From assembly GCF_006345805.1 (NCBI RefSeq), contig NW_021826709.1, forward strand, positions 1 through 11,945: a stretch of DNA of 11,945 nt, given 5' to 3'. The position numbers were made by a program, and so were the translations under genes. The notes under the pieces were generated by a model. That model did not search any database and was not told the DNA's origin. It saw nothing but the letters and a program-made list of their open reading frames with translations. Source of the DNA: Octopus sinensis. Lineage: Eukaryota. Of this stretch, positions 8,859 through 11,945 are shown in pieces (the first letter of the stretch is position 1; each line of letters begins with the position of its first letter).

Positions 8859-9376
8859 GTCCTAGCTCTATCTTTCCTTCGTATCTTCACTTTCACTATA
8901 CCTGTTCTTTTGCTTGCCCTTTCCCTCCCTTTTCCTCGTCCTCTTTCTTTCTCTCACCCCTCTGCATATACATTCTGTTCCTCAATTTTTCTAATATTTT
9001 GAGCTTCCTCCCGCCATTTTGTTTGTACATTTAACAGGAATGTCTTTGCAATATTTGTGTGGAAAGCGCTCATTCAGTTACACACAATGTCACACAAATT
9101 CTTACACATTTACATTTACTTACAGCCATACACGCAAACACACACACACACACTTATACATATATATTCTACATATCTCTCATATATTTTCTTTTCTCCA
9201 CCTCACTCTCTATTTTGTATCCTATCTAAATTATTACCTAACCATCCTCTCACACCGTCTCCGATGAAGGGATATACATAACTAATATCCTGGAAACAGC
9301 TGTAAGACTTTCTATCTATAAATTTTATAATAACAACACAGCCTTCATTTTTTTTTCTCATTGTGCAAAACATTCT

Positions 9377-9411
<35 letters not shown>
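9377..9411. repeat. (TA)n array directly flanking the RTE 3' end
   Basis: Directly visible. Confidence 0.95.
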
Positions 9412-9412
<1 letters not shown>

Positions 9413-10300
9413 CATGGCATCACTCCGGTGACGAAGTTTAGGCTGGTTGTTTTTCCCATCTTCTGCACGCCTGTTCGTGGCTGATAAAGCCAATGTGAGA
9501 TCGACATTGCAGTCACGACAACGATTTGGTTCTTTAGGGTCTGATGATGCAGCTGCACTTTTTTTTCGCCTCTGATATTTGCCTTCAAATGAGGAACTGT
9601 GAGAGATCTCAAATAAGGAAACAACATCGCTGATGGTATGGCGCCAAGCGACGCGCTCAGCTGTTAGAGTGGACCACTCACAATATAATCAATGTCACAA
9701 ACATTAAGGCATGGGTGCACCATGTAACGCTTGTAAATATATTCCCACCGAGATACGCTAGCCTATTGCGGTGGCCAAAGAATAAGCCACTCTACATGAC
9801 GAGCTTGGGTAGGCGGTGGTCTTGTCTTTCATTTTTTTAACCTTCCAAGCCCATTGCAGTCGTGTCTGAAGTAATATGGCTTCCGGGTTTGTGGTCTTTG
9901 CTCGCTCAAGGACATCAGTTTTGATTATATAGTCACTCCAGTACGCGTCAGGGATGCTATACAGCCAGCGTTGGTGAAAACGTTCAAGAAGCCTCAGATG
10001 ACAGCAACAGGAGACCCAGGGTTCAGAGTCATATAAGAACGTCGTGAGAATGCGGCCCTGTAGGCGTTGACTGTTGTGCTGATCCTAAGAAACTTGTAGC
10101 ACACACGGTTTTACAGACCGACAAATAATTTTGTTGGCTTTTGCAACAGAGTTGTCAATTTTTTTGTTGACTCTCGCATCTGATGAAATGGTACTGCGAG
10201 GATTAGTGAACTGCTGTACCGACTTCTGCTCTGTTTCGCCAATGATGATGTGGGGCAGGCGATACTCTTCCTGAGGAGCTGGTTGATGGAGGACTTCCGT
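9412..10300 (-). mobile_element. 5'-truncated, degenerate RTE-clade (BovB-like) LINE
   Basis: Minus-strand translation across frameshifts gives TEVLHQPAPQEEYRLPHIIIGETEQKSVQQFT..STISSDARVNKKIDNSVAKAN, HLRLLERFHQRWL, YWSDYI..TDVLERAKTT, DHRLPK, GHRN.GAP, WRHTI and C..C...SHIGFISHEQAC, with a stop at 9438-9440 and a very short 3' UTR. These are typical RTE ORF C-terminal motifs. Confidence 0.92.
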
Positions 10301-10324
10301 CCATCACCAAAAATCATCTTCCAG

Positions 10325-10385
10325 ATATATTTATGTATATATATATATATATTTATGTATATATATTATAAGTATACATACATGC
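10325..10385. repeat. (TA)n-rich array flanking the RTE 5' truncation point
   Basis: Directly visible. Confidence 0.9.
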
Positions 10386-10398
10386 TTGTGACTACTGT

Positions 10399-10447
10399 TT
10401 GTGTATATGCACAGTAATCATCATTGTGTATATACACAGTAATCATC
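10399..10447. repeat. 25-bp period tandem duplication
   Basis: TTGTGTATATGCACAGTAATCATC (10399-10422) versus TTGTGTATATACACAGTAATCATC (10424-10447): 23/24 identical. Confidence 0.9.
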
Positions 10448-10560
10448 GTGGTTTACCTATCGCGCGCTCAGTCCATCGCGGAATTTTCTGTCTAATATAT
10501 GTGAATTTATATCGTGCACACCTCAGTATATCCGTATATCTGCAGCGGATAGGTATTCAT

Positions 10561-11945
10561 GTTTCTTTTAGGATGTGTGCAGTACCTGGTAGTGCTATTT
10601 TTTGTATGTTATATATATTTGTAAGTCCTGGTTGTTTTGTTATGTATTTGTCTGAATATATTTTTTCATACCTAATGTGCTTACTATGATAGGAATTGTT
10701 TCTGTTTTTAGATTCCACATTCGATTTACTTCTATTTCCAGGTCTTTGTATTTTGAAAGTTTCTCCATTTCTTTTAGAGAAACGTTGTCATCTGTTGGTA
10801 TTGATACAGCAATTAGAAAGCATTTATATCTTCATGATCTCTAACAACTATATCTGGCCTACTGGCCTTAATTTCTCTATCTGTGTGTATTGGCATATCG
10901 CATAGTATCGTTGCTTTCTCGTTTTGTGTGACCTTTTCTGGCGTGTGCTTATACCGTCTTTATTCTGTTGTTATTCCATAATGTTGGCATAGCTTCCAGT
11001 GTATGTAGGTCCCAACTCTGTCGTGTCTGTGAATATATTCCTTCTTGGCCAGGACTGGGCAGCCAGAGATAATATGATTTATTGTTTCTTGTCCATCTCC
11101 ACTTATTCTTATGTTTCTTTTCATTTTCTGTTTTTGGTCATTTCTGGTGGGGAGGCTTTGGTCTTGTGCTGCAATTAAAAATCCTTCAGTCTCGGCTTTG
11201 AGTCCTCAACTTCTCAACCATTGCTGGGATTTTTCTCTGTCTATTTCTTTTGCATTTAGTTTAGCCCAGTATTTGCTATGAAGGGGTTTATCTTGCCCTC
11301 GTTTTATCATGGTCCGTTGCAGTTCTAGTTTTAGTTTGGATTTCATTTGTTTTACAGCTTTTGTCGTTTCTTCTTTTGCTTCATAGTTGTTACGTAGTAT
11401 GACTTCTTGTTTCTATTTGTCAGCTTCCTTAAAGACTAAGTTTTTTGTTTTGTTCGGATTTTGTGGATATTTATATTATTAGTTTTCCTTGTTTCTGACG
11501 TAGGTATTTTTGAAATCCTATGGTGGTTATTTTGTAATAGTTTTCTAGCTTTATAAGTCCTCTACCAGCTTCTATACGTTGTATGTATAAACTTTCTATG
11601 CCAGAATTTGGGTGGTGTATCCTAGATCCTGTCAGTATTTTTCTTCTTTTTTCTGTCTATTTTGATTAGTTCATTTAGCGTCCAGTTGAGGATATCGAAG
11701 CTGTAACTTATAAATGGGACGACTAGGGTGCTGATGCATATTAGCTTGCTTTTCGAATTGAGCTCTGTTTTCAATATAAATCTAACTAGTCCATTGTATT
11801 CTTTTAAATTTTATCTTTCATTTGAGTGTGTTGTATCTTATCTAGTTCATTGATTCCTAAATATTTGCATGTCTGGCTTTGGTCTAATTTTCTTATTCCA
11901 TTTGCTTTATCTAGTGTGATGTTGCTACTTTTAACTAGTTTTCCT
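10561..11945 (-). mobile_element. Degenerate R4/Dong-like LINE (end of RT, thumb, knuckle/RHD, RLE), continuing beyond the window end
   Basis: Minus-strand translation across frameshifts gives KYLGINELDKIQH, ILKTELNSK, ISYSFDILNWT, LYIQRIEAGRGL, KPLHSKYW, GLKAETEGFLIAAQDQSLPTRN, ETINHIISGCPVLAKKEYIHRHDRVG (RHD at 11020-11028), RPDIVV, SIPTDDNVSLKEMEKLSKYKDLEIEVNRMWNLKT and GTAHILKET. There are multiple stops and frameshifts. Confidence 0.93.

Noticed and set aside
7373-9281. ORFs across the TA/TG repeats
   Set aside because: Low-complexity artefacts.
10111-10905. ORFs 10111-10317, 10399-10689 and 10696-10905
   Set aside because: They are off-frame or antisense readings over decayed RTE and R4 sequence.
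1115-11945. Strand bias of LINEs (4 of 5 on the minus strand) as a hint of a host gene's orientation
   Set aside because: There are too few elements to distinguish this from chance, and the SINEs go both ways.

Overview
This is eukaryotic, AT-rich, non-coding DNA made up of simple sequence repeats and decayed retroelements. The SINE families and repeat load look like a coleoid cephalopod (Octopus-like) genome; that is an inference from recalled family consensus sequences, not from a search. No intact protein-coding gene is supported. Nearly all ORFs in the track are read through microsatellites or are pieces of pseudogenised LINE ORF2. Five LINE fragments are recognisable: the 3' end of a CR1/L2-group LINE (+, 1115-1582); three mutually divergent R4/Dong-like fragments of the restriction-like-endonuclease type (-, about 1745-2190, 5498-6446 and 10561-11945); and one RTE-clade fragment (-, 9412-10300). 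There are three tRNA-derived SINE relics, one with a tandem duplication of its 3' half. I found no convincing new biological system. The best second-look items are a locally templated 30-bp insertion inside the RTE (copied from 8622-8651), a LINE tail that has become a compound trinucleotide array with a 57-bp higher-order repeat, an RTE sitting between two (TA)n arrays, and three distinct R4-like lineages within 10 kb.
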